A DNA stretch of 64,000 nt, the filler included, from Lenisia limosa (lineage: Eukaryota; Protista; Breviatea), in NCBI GenBank assembly GCA_001655205.1. It is 14 parts of 14 records of this genome, joined end to end, with 100 filler letters (N's around TTAATTAATTAA, not from the genome) between each part and the next. Parts side by side here need not be neighbours in the genome. Positions count along the whole stretch, not along the records: positions 48,584 to 62,525 come from LPNZ01010341.1; 13 more parts are not named here. One strand, 5' to 3'. How positions within the stretch are numbered: position 1 is the stretch's first letter; each line of letters starts with the position of its first letter. Position numbers and translations under genes: made by a program. The notes beneath the pieces are model-generated. The model was given only the letters and a program-made list of their open reading frames with translations, searched no databases and was not told where the DNA came from. Below are positions 49,620 through 62,525 of this stretch, one piece after another.

Positions 49620-52600
49620 TGGGAAGGAGAGGGAGGAAGGAGGAAGCAAGACAAGGAGGATGAAAGAGAGGTAGTGTGATGGACTGTAGGGCATCAGATT
49701 CAAAAGGAGTGTTGGGTTGTGATGGAAATTTGGAAGAATTAAAACAGGCAGATCCATAAATGCCATTGGACCAACCTTGGCACGTAAGGAGTTCGACAGC
49801 TTTACTGTTTCCTGGTTGATACGACATACTGAATCAACCTCGCCTCCTGGTAAATTAGCAGTTAATTGGAAGGCTGTCATCCCACTAACCAGCAAAACTG
49901 TTTCTACGCCGCATCCTCCTCGTGTCCATGACCGGGATGGGATTCTGGAGAGGAAGGTAAGATGGTAAAATGACCATAGAATATAACATTTGTGAAGGAA
50001 AATAATATCTTGGAATTTCATGAAGAGGACAGCATTGCAGAGGTATTATATATAAATATCATCTCAATTATATTCGTAAATCAACAGTAAGAAATAATCA
50101 TTATGAAGAACCCAGCAAACGTTTAACCTTGCCATCAAGGAAACAGAGAGGGCAGGGACGGCTTCAGCCAACGATCGATTGGAATCTGCGCTGGGGGGGG
50201 GGGGGGGGNNNNNNNNNNNNNNNNNNNNNNNNNNNNNNNNNNNNNNNNNNNNNNNNNNNNNNNNNNNNNNNNNNNNNNNNNNNNNNNNNNNNNNNNNNNN
50301 NCCAAAGAGAAGGTGGGGGGACGAGGAAGAAAAAAACAGACAGCATACAAATATTACTGTTGATTAAAGAATGTTTTCAATAAGCTGATCGTAATAGAAA
50401 GTGTCACTAATCTCGAATCGAATCCTGTATGAGGAGATAACAAAAATTATTTACACAATAATTCAAATTTACTCCCACGCATATTTCAGCTTACTTGGTC
50501 GAAGGCGTCGTGGGGTCAGCAAGGGATAAGAGATGGAGTTCTAGGTACGAGTGTTGACTTGGCTTCAAAGGAGGCAGCACGGGTGACATTTGCAGGTCAA
50601 CTTGACTGAGGTTCTGCATTGATGGTGACTCCTTACACTCCAAGCTAAAAGGTAAACCTTTATGATACTAGTTTCAATAGAGTCTTAACTGCAAAAAAGT
50701 AAATCATCTCACATGGGTACGATATTATCTTCCAAAAACTTTACCACCATATCCCTGCCCACCATAGCAGCGGAGCGGTTTTCATAGAGGAGAGATGGGC
50801 CGAAATGGCACTGAAACTATTCCGGCGACCTGCTCGCCTGCTTGAGAGGGCTTCTTGAAAGTTCGGATAGAACGTTGGAAGCTCTATTGCAAGCTGGAAC
50901 TTCGGTGGGCCAGAGCTACCCTAGCAATGTAAATGGAATGCCGAGAGAATGACAAAAGACAGTAATCATAGAATTCATCAACTGGCAATACTATATCACA
51001 TAATGATTTCCACACAATCATCGTCAACATAATGGATAACAACACAATGTCAAAGAGTCTATGTCCAGTGCGTTTCACACTACTGAAAACAACTGCGAAG
51101 CGAAATGGTCTTGCAAACTTTTCCTGAAAGGGCTTGTAGTCGTTGGGATGATCGTTGTGATATTAAAGATGTTCTAAAATAAATTATAATGCGCCAGGTT
51201 TCAAAGTTACTAACACCAAAGACACCTTGTACAATAAAAACACCATTCTTTTATCACAAGACCAACCAAACCCCACTTAGACGATTGCGACTTAGAGAGG
51301 TGTGAGCGAGACGTGCTCCTTTTCTGGACGGCCGCGTCCAATGTCCCTGAAATAGGCTCAATACCCTATTTCCACAAATATATTTCAATATCCAATTGTA
51401 CTATGAACCAGTTGCTTTTGAACAATGGAAGTTTCTGAAATCACAATTATTCTTAAAACTATTATGTTGCTCAATGTTGCTGTTCATTTCCAAGTCCTTG
51501 GCATTCTAAAATAAAGGTTCATTTCCAAGTCCTTGGAAAAACTCATATGAAGACAGGAATTTCAGCTGTCTACTTAGTTTTTCAAAAACTTTGTATACCT
51601 TCGGGAATCTGGCTCCAAAGGTCATCAGTAGACTGTTGTACCTCCTATATTCATCAGAATATCATTGGACCCATGATGACAACACATTAGCTCTTACTGA
51701 CAGCTTGGAAAAGCAATATGATAGTGCAATAGAGATATCTTATTACGGTTGAAGAAGAATCAAATAAAAACCGTATTCATACCACAGGAGAAGTTGCGGA
51801 AAGGGAACTCCATCCCAATGGAGATGCTGGGGATTGGGGGGATTGGGAGGAGATTTTGGATAATGACGATGACAGTGACGGAATCTGGGTCAAAGGAGGT
51901 GATGCCCGAGACACCAGTAGAGGCCCGGGCCTTGCTGGTAGGGGGCCGGATATGGATGGAAGAGGTCCGGAGAGGGAGGGTAGTGGACCCGGTACGGATG
52001 AAATTTGAGATGAAACTACGGAGGCGGAAAAGTCAACGGAAAACCCAACTTCCTCATCTGGAGTGCCAGGCTGGATGAAGGGCTGGAATAATGAGGTGCT
52101 GAGAGATGACAAGAGAGAAAGATTCATATGGATCACATCGATTAAACAGGCATGATATGTCTAGATATCTATCTGGTCTTCAAGCTTGAAATCACACCAC
52201 TTAGGTTGCAATTTTGGTTTTTCTCTGTGATGAAGGTTTTGATTTGAATATCCCCTATCCCACCTGGACCGGAAACGGGACCGCCGGAGGTGCGGGTAAT
52301 GAACGAATACCCTGAAACTGCGTTAAGAGTAATATGTAGAGATTTGGCCGAACGGAAACTGGGTACCAACATCATAAGACGGCACAGGTGAAGATGGATA
52401 TGACGTCACCAGCTGACTCAGTGAGGTGCCAGGTGATTGGAGTGGCGACTAAATCATAAGACCATGTGTATATTCAATAGTATTGTATTTACCCTGTGGC
52501 CTAGGTAAGGTTTAATACCTCCTCATGCGAAGTGATCAGAGCTTTTCTCAAAAAGTGCTTATAAGAAAGATACACGATTGAAAATAAACACAACTCAAAT

Positions 52601-54300
52601 AACGCCGTACTTTTTGATTGGAAGGGGATCTTTGTATTGGAAGCAAATTCTACACTATCAGTAAAGAAACAACACAGTTGCTGCCTGATTTGAAAAACAC
52701 TATTGAATCATCAGCTTATTTGAGAGGTTCTTCAATTTTCGGAGAGTTGTTTTTAAAAATAAGGATCTAAATGACACTCCTGGTAGGTCTGATACATAGG
52801 ACCCACATTTGGGGACGTCGAAGGTAAAGGAGACTTCCGGAGGGACTGTGACTTATTTGGTGACGCTCCCAGTGGCCTAATGAGTAAACAAAAACTGAAC
52901 TTCATCACCATTGTAAAAATATCATTCCTCCATTTCTGTATGTTGCATTACTCTGCATAGGTTCATTCTTCTGTTTGGAAAATGCGACCTCTTATGTCCC
53001 AGTTCGACCTTTTTTTTGAGCTCATTCTAGTCTCAGATACAGGGTTAGGAGGGGCCGACCCGAGGACAGGCTTTCTTAACCCTAAAGCGTCACAATCAAC
53101 GTCTGAGATGGGTAATACAAGTTCTGTAGAAAACATTTGAACTTAAATACGCATATATTCAGTATAATATGTCAAATTCAGATGTTTTCTACAGAACTTC
53201 ACTTCCGGTTCCATGTAGAGTATCGATTAGATCTAGCAAATTGAGAATTCAGACTGTGAAGCAAAAATGAAGCCCCCTGCCAACTCACCAGTAGTTGGCT
53301 CATGGCTGCCTATTCGCTTCTTTAGTAGCCTCAGAGAATCGGTAGGGTTGGGATCTGTGGGGGGAGGGGGGTAAATGAAAGAAAAAAGAAAGAAAGAAAA
53401 AAAACATTACAATAGGGCGATAGCTTGATGCAATCCTTTGTGTTTTCGTGAAAATTAAGTATTACAATGTGGGAGCAGTAACTTTCTTCCTGTAATATTC
53501 GTTTCATTAAATAATAGAAGAGTCTGACGTCACTGGTATTTTGAGCGCTCCTGAAACGCTAACGACATTTAATGACTGTCCATTTAATTTCGTTAGCCCA
53601 TTATTCTGCTTTTCTCTCGAGTCAATTGTAAAGCTACTAAGGAATTTGCTTTATTATTCCATGAACGACCATAACTTAAGCACCCAAATTAAAGTATACA
53701 TATCGATATATAATATAGTTTGTGATATTTGGGAAGATCTTCCCCATAAAAAATGACAGAACGGCTTTGTTTTACATTCCACTCAAACCTTTAGCTCTGC
53801 TATTCTCGAGAGAATTACCAAGGCTTCTTTTATCAGCCTAAGCCATGAAACCCAAACTCTGATGGTTCAAGACCGCAATAGGATGGTTCCATTTCCAGAT
53901 GAGATAAGTTGGCAATATGCACTACAATACACAAATGCTCCTCCAACCTGAAACCAAAACACTTAATCAAAATATTCAAGTAATAACATAGATATATTTT
54001 GAAGGCAATGTAGATCAACACATAGCCACGTGGATAAGCAATAAAACCAACCTGAAATGTGATTTGGCTATTTCTATCCCGTTCATCTAATGGACGATGC
54101 CCAAGAACACTATTTCAAGTTAGGAAAGGCTTTTTGGAAGACACAATGCTCCAAACGACGGGCCAAACACCAACCTTTGGGTTTTTCTCCGCTGTACCGA
54201 TGTACTTGTAGTTTTTGTTGGCTGCGGTGTCACCGATCGCCCCTTAGACGGTGCTAGCGCAGGTAGAATCACTCGAGGTCCTCCTCTCATCCTGTAATAC
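49620..54300 (-). CDS. Multi-exon Ser/Pro-rich low-complexity hypothetical protein; ends approximate
   Basis: Reads MRGGPRVILPALAPSKGRSVTPQPTK, DPNPTDSLRLLKKRIGSHEPTT, RPLGASPNKSQSLRKSPLPSTSP, SSVPGPLPSLSGPLPSISGPLPARPGP, FQEALSSRRAGRRNSFSAISAHL with canonical boundaries. Confidence 0.5.
53119..53199. repeat. 23-bp inverted repeat (hairpin or foldback remnant)
   Basis: AAGTTCTGTAGAAAACATTTGAA (53119-53141) / TTCAGATGTTTTCTACAGAACTT (53177-53199), one mismatch. Confidence 0.85.
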
Positions 54301-54609
54301 TTCGTAACTTATTCATCTTTCTTTTACAAAGGGAAACACTCGAAATTACTACAGCAGAAGTGATATAGGACCAATGGTTTCCATGTGGTTTCCAAAATAA
54401 GAGGGTTAGGGTTATTCTCCTACCGCTCCCAGCCATCATTTTTTGGGCTTTAAAAACAATTGACTCACAACAAAACGAATCGCAAAAAAAAACGAAGAAG
54501 AAACATCAGCACTTCTTTGTTTATTTAATTTTTTAACCATTGAAAAATTAAACATCGCTGGCCAGATAAACAAACGAACTAGTTGTGTATTTCTTTCAAC
54601 GCAACAACC

Positions 54610-57135
54610 ATGAAGTGTCTTCTTGTTATTGATATGCAAAATGACTTCATTGAAGGTGGATCTCTGGTTTGAGGATAGCAGTTGGATGTACTTGTTCGGT
54701 ACAGACCCTTCTCATCTTGCAATTAGGCTGTTTGATAATTGCGGTTGAATATATGAGGGATACTAACTCTTATAGGGTGTGGGTGGCAGTCTCCCTCTGA
54801 TCGATTCAATCAACAAACTGGTGAAATCAAGCAAATACGACAAGGTCATCTTCACGTTGGTATACCCTCATTCTTGTGACCTTCTAGCCAAGACTTCCAC
54901 CCAAGCGACCACATTTCTTTTGCCAGTTCACACGAAGGCCATTCGCCCTTTCAGACAATTCAAGTGGGTTTTCGGAAGCTTGAGAGTGACCACATCCGAG
55001 GCCAACTGACGTCTCTATTCCAGGCTTCTCTTTGTGATGTATTTAGGCTTCATATGGAGAACAAACACTTTGGCCCTCGCATTGTGTCGGTGGAACATCT
55101 GGAAGTGAATTGGCCGCAGACCTCTTTATCCCTGAAGGGTTGGCGGGCTATTTGTAATTTCCTCCAACAGCTTTTTACTTCTCTATGAGTGCCTCGGCTG
55201 ATTAAACAATAGCCAAGAAGCTTTTTGGCTGCTTTTTAAAGTTAATCTTGAGTTATCTTTGTGAAATAGTGTGTCAAAGTTAAATGTTGGGCGTGAATTC
55301 ATTTCCCGTTAAATGACGAGTCGCAATTGGGCCGCTTTTCTTCCTTTCAATACAATCTCATGTTTATGGGTGGTTTTTGGGGAGAACTGCATTTCAAACA
55401 TTGTAGCCCTAGTTGTTTCATTGAAAAATTGATAACTGATATTGAGAGTCATTTTTAATGGGATATGTTTTCGAAATCTGGGATATCAATGGCTTTGGTA
55501 CTTCTTCCTCCAAATTTCAATTCAACTTCATAGACTAGTTGAAAGTGTTTTATTGACAGTTTTCTGTGATTCTTTCTAACTCAGTCAGAGCTGAATTTTT
55601 TCGAAAAGGACATGAAAAAGATATTGACAGCTACTCCGCTTTCTTTGTAAGCGAACATCCCTTCTCTCTTACTATCTCCTGGTACAAACTTTGGTCATGA
55701 AAACAGCTCTTTGTGTAATATTACTATATCATATGATTCATCACATGATATATTATCCCTCTAAATATCTGTATTTCACGGTGTTTTCTCAAGCTAAAAC
55801 CATCAATAGTTTTTTTTATGATTGAGACAGATGTGTATGAAACTGTTTTTGTGCGTTCCTTGTTCAAATACTATATATGGTCAGGTAAATGTGCGCCGAG
55901 TAGAACTTCATTTCCAAAAAAAAAGACTTTATCGAAACAATTCTTAATAAATCTATTTCTGCTTTCCTCCCTCACAGTCCAGAACAACCGAGGTGACCCG
56001 ACTGGGCTGGCTGAAATGCTCAAAAAGCTGGGCGTGAGCGAATTGGACGTCTGTGGTGAGCCATGAACCGAATTAATGATGCCGTCTATACCATGTGTTT
56101 TCATTACAGTAATTAGTATTGAATTGTCAGAATAATTGATGTCAAGCTTCCAATAATTTAATCTTGAACAGTATATTTTCTCTACTCGGTGTGGGCTTTT
56201 GAACAAAATTGTCCATAAACTCTGTACAAGTTATATTTGGAGGGGTTTTCAGGCTAGTGGTGTAGAAGTTATGCGAAGTGTTTTTCCTTAACTCTGAACC
56301 ATTCACACAATGTTGTTTTATTGGATTCAAATGATAATTTATTTTCCACAAAAAATGACTGAAGAAGAATAGTAGAAATTGTGATAGAAAGCTATTGTTA
56401 AGTTGGAGATGCGGATGTCTGGTTTTTTAGTATTATAATTTCAATGAGACGATCCTTATGCTGAAGAAAGAGACTGCTGCCTTTTAGAAAACTCTTCATA
56501 GCCAAAGAGCAATTATGCAACAACACATATAAATATATATTTGATATCTAGTAAATATTGATTATTGGAAGATGGGAGAAGAAGAATGGACAGATTATTG
56601 AGTCATGACCAGTATTTTCTTCGCTTTACTTCATCCCCCTCCCCCTACCTTTAATTCACATTGTTTCCCAGGCCTAGCCCTCGACTACTGTGTGAAGTCC
56701 TCCGCTCTGGATGCCCAGAAAAGCGGCTTCAAGACCACAGTACTGCGTCACTTCACGCTTCCTGTTTCTGCTGGTAGGAGGGATCTAATGAGTTTGATGA
56801 AGTCTAAGGTTTTCTCATTCCTTGAAAGCTTTGATTTCAAAGGAACTCCTATGATGCATACATGTATATATGACAAAACCTGTTCGTATATGCCACTACC
56901 GGCCTCCAGATAATCGAGTTTTTGACTTGGATCCATATTTGGTTTGATTAACATTCCTAAAAGAAACTTTGGATACAATTACTCTGTTAAATTAATTACT
57001 TGCAACAATTAACTGGAAGGTTGATCCCCATTTCTTCAAACACTACCCTTTTCTTTCACTCACTATATAGAAACTGGTGTGGCTGCATTGGCCGAACTAA
57101 ATAAACAAGGCATCAGCATTTCGTCCGAACATTAG
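54610..57135 (+). CDS. PNC1: Nicotinamidase/pyrazinamidase (isochorismatase family), apparently complete, multi-exon
   Basis: MKCLLVIDMQNDFIEGGSL, QDFHPSDHISFASSH, QTLWPSHCVGGTSG, RKGHEKDIDSYSAFF, TGLAEMLKKLGVSELDVC|GLALDYCVKSSALDA. Catalytic Asp/Lys/Cys and metal ligands present; stop TAG at 57133-57135. Confidence 0.96.
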
Positions 57136-58234
57136 CCGACCACCGCCAGTTCTTCTTCTTTTCCTACCATATTATTTCCATATTATTCTATGATTTTATT
57201 TAAGTTACTTTCATCTGTTTCTCCTGTTTGATGGATGTTTTTTCATGCGCTCTTACTGGATTATACTTTTGATGATATTATCCAACCTAGATTGGGTAAT
57301 CAACATATAAGTCTGCCACAGTTCAGTATTCAATGTGGGATTATTATTATTGCAATTTTGGTTTCTTTTTCCCATTTTTTTTTTTTGTTGTTGTTGTTGT
57401 TGTTGGGTTTTGACCAAAAACCAAACTTTTCCAAAATTAATAATTATAATTTAATCGATTCATCGACCGAATACCCTAATACCAGTAAAATATTCTTTTG
57501 TTATTATTTTTATTATTTTTTCCCAATAAGCGTCCCCAACTTTTCTCAACCTTTCCCCTTGCAACCTAGCTAAGAACCTCACCATTGCCCCATTGCCTCA
57601 CCACACTCACCACCAACAACCAACTTTATACTTGATGCACGCACAATTGCCAGCAATACCCCAAATTATCACAACCACTAAACATGGATACCAAAAACAA
57701 ATTACCATACTTTATTTTTTTTCTTCTTATGTTGGGGGGGATATTTGCTAGTATGTCATTATTTTTTGAGGGTTGTGTTTTTTTAGGAAATAAAAATAAA
57801 ACGCCCGCCAGCAATCCCTCCTGAATCCCCAAAAGGAAAGCCAGGAAAAAGAAACAGAAAGCGAGAAGAACGTGAGGAGAGGTTTCAAATAGTCCATTTT
57901 GGAACGACAGGCGCTGACTGCTGACAGCCGATAAAGACGAACATCATTATTAGAACCAGGCAGAAGAGCGAAAGTAAAACCGTTAAAAAAGAATTGAGCC
58001 ATTTTGTTGTGGGAAAATATTCCAATCCGAGCCACACCAAAAAAACCCACAAAATGCTGAAAAAATGCCAGTGGATATACTGTTGATAATTTATAGCGAA
58101 GTGATTCGGAAGTGATAGAGAATTAGAGAGGAGAATTAAAGGAGGAGAAGCGGAAAGGAAAGGTCGGGCACTTGCCCTTTCTCTCTCTCCCTACGAAGCC
58201 CTTTTGCCTGAACAAACAGAGAGAAGAGGGCCTA

Positions 58235-61200
58235 ATGACGAAAATGGTGGAGGTCCGACAGACAAATGCATCCCTGCGCAGTACCGAGGTTGCCACCTCA
58301 TTGTCCCTGCTCAACGACGTCAAGGTATGCGCCTGGGTGTATAACAGCCGGCATCAGGATGTGATGATAGTTGTCTTCACCGTACTCCAATATTGTAACA
58401 CTTTTGCGAGCGAGGTCCATTATTACAGAGGCGGAGTCATGTTATGTGGATAACTGTATCTGGATTATGATTTACTGAACTGAAAAGATTGAAATGACTC
58501 GCTCACAACACTGCAGAATTATGTTCGTAATTTGTGTTTTTCAAACCTGTGGGTGTCAAAAATATTTGTTTTCTTTCTTCTTCTTCCTGCATGATATTGT
58601 GTTATTTTCTATTTCAACGTTTTATCAGTTTCCATTTTTCACTCCCTCCACAGCTTGGCGCAGTAATGTACTTCTGCGGCATCTCCGTCCTGCCTCTCAC
58701 GGAGATGATATTGGGTCGTCTTGGGGACAATTTTGCCTTCAGGGTGGGTAATAGGTTGCAAAACAGCATATTCAACCCTTCTCTATTAGTTTTTTTTAGA
58801 AATTGTAGAGGCTTCCTTTCATTCCATTTACATNNNNNNNNNNNNNNNNNNNNNNNNNNNNNNNNNNNNNNNNNNNNNNNNNNNNNNNNNNNNNNNNNNN
58901 NNNNNNNNNNNNNNNNNNNNNNNNNNNNNNNNNNNNNNNNNNNNNNNNNNNNNNNNNNNNNCTTGCTTACTTGGGTGAGGAATGTATTGACTATGTTGTC
59001 CATCATAATCCTTAAATCTGCATCTACTGGCCCTTTTGAACCATGCTGAACTGAACCCTTAGATTTCCGCGCGATTGTACCGTCCTGTCACGATCCGAGC
59101 TGATGAGCTGAGAGCTGAAGAGGCCAAGGGCAAGACTTTGAATGGTTGGGAGCTGCTCCTGTGACTTATTTTATTGTTTTCCTTTAGCAAAACTTGGTTT
59201 AGTTTTACATTTTGTTTTTTACAGATCAAGTGAAGAACCGTTTTTTGTTATCGTCTATTATTATTATTGTGTTGATAAGTGGGCTTAATGCATTGAAATA
59301 GTACTCAAATGGCACTTTAATCATTTGCCCCGAACTTTACCTCCCAGACATTCCAGACGCATACTGGAAATTAAGCTACCAGGCTCCGTGGTTTATGCCC
59401 ATGAATATCAGTTGGCAGAGGGTCTGGATGCTCCATAAAAACTCATTTTGAGATAATGCTGCGGGACATTTCGAGGGGGGTACTATGTTCCTTAGAAATT
59501 CGTTGGTCTTTTGTCACGAAGGAATTCCTACTGTTCATTCTTAACAAAGGCAGTTATGACTATTCTGCGCATCATAAGCGCGTTTGTACTGACAGGCAAC
59601 TCCAACATGTTCCCGTTTTCCACAGACTACAGTCAGAGTATTGTCATATTCTCCATCTTTAACTTGAGTCAGCTGGGCAAGCGGGTGCTATTTAAAGGCG
59701 TGGAATAAAAGCTAACAGTATCACCCTTAGTCAGAGCTACATCTTGTTATCTTTTTGTCAGCTGCTTTTGCTCCTTGGGTTAACTGATATCGATTTATCT
59801 AACATTCTTAAAAATTAATAGCTTACAAAATAACAACAGAAATATCAGGATTTATTGATAGTTTATTGTGAGATATCAGCCATTATTTTTATCGAAGTTA
59901 CCGTCTCAATCACATACCCAGTGGCCTTCCACACTATGCCAGTCATCTTTGGAAGGGTCTTATCGGCGGTTGTGAGTGTCGCCTATTTGGTCACTTCATC
60001 CATTNNNNNNNNNNNNNNNNNNNNNNNNNNNNNNNNNNNNNNNNNNNNNNNNNNNNNNNNNNNNNNNNNNNNNNNNNNNNNNNNNNNNNNNNNNNNNNNN
60101 NNNNNNNNNNNNNNNNNTACTAATGATTAAGTGTTGACCCCTTGGCTCTCCCTCTCTTTTTCACAGTGTACTCTGTCAACTGGATTATTCAGTCTGAGAG
60201 GCTCAGAAGCCTGGTGGTATGTTGGAATGGCATGAATCCCCCACTATTACTTCCGTAGTACTGATGCTCTCATCTATAGCCCTCGATAATGCTGCGGACT
60301 ATTCTGACCCCTTTAGAACGAGTCCTTGGCTTCTCTGAAACTCCAAAAGGAAAGTGCTAGGATCGGTTTGTGGATTCATAAGTAAGTGATGATATCATAT
60401 AGTATTTTATGTTATACTAGTATTAGTATTATATCAAAATACTGGCTATGTATAAATATATTTTAACTATTCTTACGTGGAAGCACCGGTTTGTTTTCTG
60501 CGTTGTTTCAACGGTAGCATTTCTCTTTACCCATGGCTTTTGCCTGATTCTTTAGAAAACGTATTATCTACTATGCTCCCGCAGCACATTCTCATTCATC
60601 TGAGAAAGGTGAAGGGAGCAGTCTTTAAGAATTCCCTACAAGCAAGAACAGCCCATTCTGCGGCTGCTTTTTATTTTGAGTTAACAAAGAGCAACTCACT
60701 ACAATTGAGGATGCCTAGTTGAAATGATCTTTTGGTCTTTGTTTCAGATTACACACCAAGCTCTGTATAATTGTATAAATGAGACACACATGCTTTTGAA
60801 AAGATTTTCGATATTTTCATCAAGGCAAGAATGAAGAAAGATGTTTTAGAAGGAGGAGTGTGTTACCTAGCTTAACTGTTTAGCATGACCCTCGCAACCT
60901 TCCCATCGACCGCTTTCCAAATGTCACGGTCCTTTTTATTTACGTTAGTGTTGAACTGGCCATTTGATATACTGTCGTTTTGTTACTGAGTTTCTTACCC
61001 CCCCCCCACTTTATCAGAGTTATCACCCTACACTTAACCACCACCACCCCAGCTTGGCTTAGATGACACCCTCTTTGACGCCCAAACTCCTGCCAAGATC
61101 TTTGGTCTGGTTCAACGTTCTGTGGCCGCTGTTGATGTTCTTATTGATTCGAACAATTGGTGAGTATTGGTAACTTTCCTTCCAGCAACAGATATTGGCT

Positions 61201-62525
61201 TCGTCGTTTGCAGCTTTTCATTATAATTAGACGAAGCTTTATGTCACTTTGTTTCAACACAAATTCTGCTATTATGTAAAAGATGCTTGAATGACTGTTT
61301 CAATTTCGACTGAGACAGAATCATTTCGTTACTTGCTTTATTCTCATTATTCAGCTACAAAATTGAACAAGTCGAAGACCAAGTGAGAGAGGGGTATCTT
61401 GAAGTGTAACACTTTTACGGTTCAAAACTATTAAGCCTTGAATACGGTAACCCTCTCAACTATTCCTAATTTCTTCATTTGTTCAGACGTTCTTCCTTTA
61501 TATAATAACGTGGATAGATTGTTGCAGTTGGTGGAATGCCAGACAACGTAACAGGGAAAACCAGTGACGCTGCGCTCCAATCTGAGGTGGGGATGACGTG
61601 ATAGGCATCAAAAAAACTGAATATCTGAATATGGTTGATTTGCTCCTTGTATCAAATCCATTCGACCTTATACGGTACCTGTATGCCCCCCAGGCTATGA
61701 ATTCTTTAATCTTGAACAAAACTATCAACGTCGTCATTCCTCCGATTGACCGTCCAGAGTGAAGGGGCCGGAGCTGTAGCAGTGGCTGAACTTGGGACGG
61801 ACGTGATTCGAGAACTTGGTTCAGCTTCAATGAACCTCAAGCTCGGAGCCCACACAGGGGCTGTTGTGGCCGGCGTACTAGGTGGAGGGGTGATCCCGTG
61901 GTTTGGAATTTTTCTTGCAGAGAACTGGCTGTTCTGTTCATGCGAGTTCCTTTATCTTCTTATGATCATGAATTACTGTGTTGGTTCCAATAAGACCGCC
62001 TTTCGTTGTGCTTTAAGTTGGTTATTTCGAGTCCAAATTGACTGGTTGAAGACATCAACATTGTTCCATTCTTTGACTTTCCTTCTGACATCTTAGGCCA
62101 AACTACATTCCATTGGTGCGTTGTGGGGTCTACCATCAACATTGCCTCAAGAGTGGCCTCGACATTTGTAAGGGGTTTGGTTTGTGTTAGTGGACCAATA
62201 AAGGACACATTCAGATAGGTACTTTCTATGTTTACAAGGGCTATACCTTTTTTTTCTGTGGAGCTAGTAATGATTTTTTGATGTTTTTATTTTTTGTTCT
62301 GTTGTTCGTATAGAATGGCAATATCCCAATCCTAGTTTCCTAAATTCCAGTTGTACCCCCGCTTTTTTGTGTAATCAATTCCTACAGGTGCCGGATTCAT
62401 CCACCCCGCCCGGGGCGGCAGTCCAGATCTCTTCTTCCACCCTCCGCGCCCTCGGCCACTCGTCTCTCACAACCTCCACCACAATGACGCACAACCTCAG
62501 TTCCGACATCATCCCGGGTCGCCTC
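58235..62525 (+). CDS. Membrane-associated class III nucleotidyl cyclase-like protein (guanylyl-type specificity residues, degenerate metal site), 3' truncated
   Basis: ENVLSTMLPQHILIHLRK, FPNVTVLFIY|LGLDDTLFDAQTPAKIFGLV, CYKIEQVEDQ|IVAVGGMP, MNLKLGAHTGAVVAGVLG|GQTTFHWCVVGSTINIASRV; hydrophobic exons upstream. Confidence 0.88.

Noticed and set aside
57600-58050. Small minus-strand membrane-protein gene
   Set aside because: Hydrophobic reads exist in two frames, but start, splice pattern and homology could not be supported.
4826-62525. Clustering of a phosphodiesterase and a cyclase, or of two dynein heavy chains, as functional loci
   Set aside because: They lie on different contigs joined by artificial spacers.
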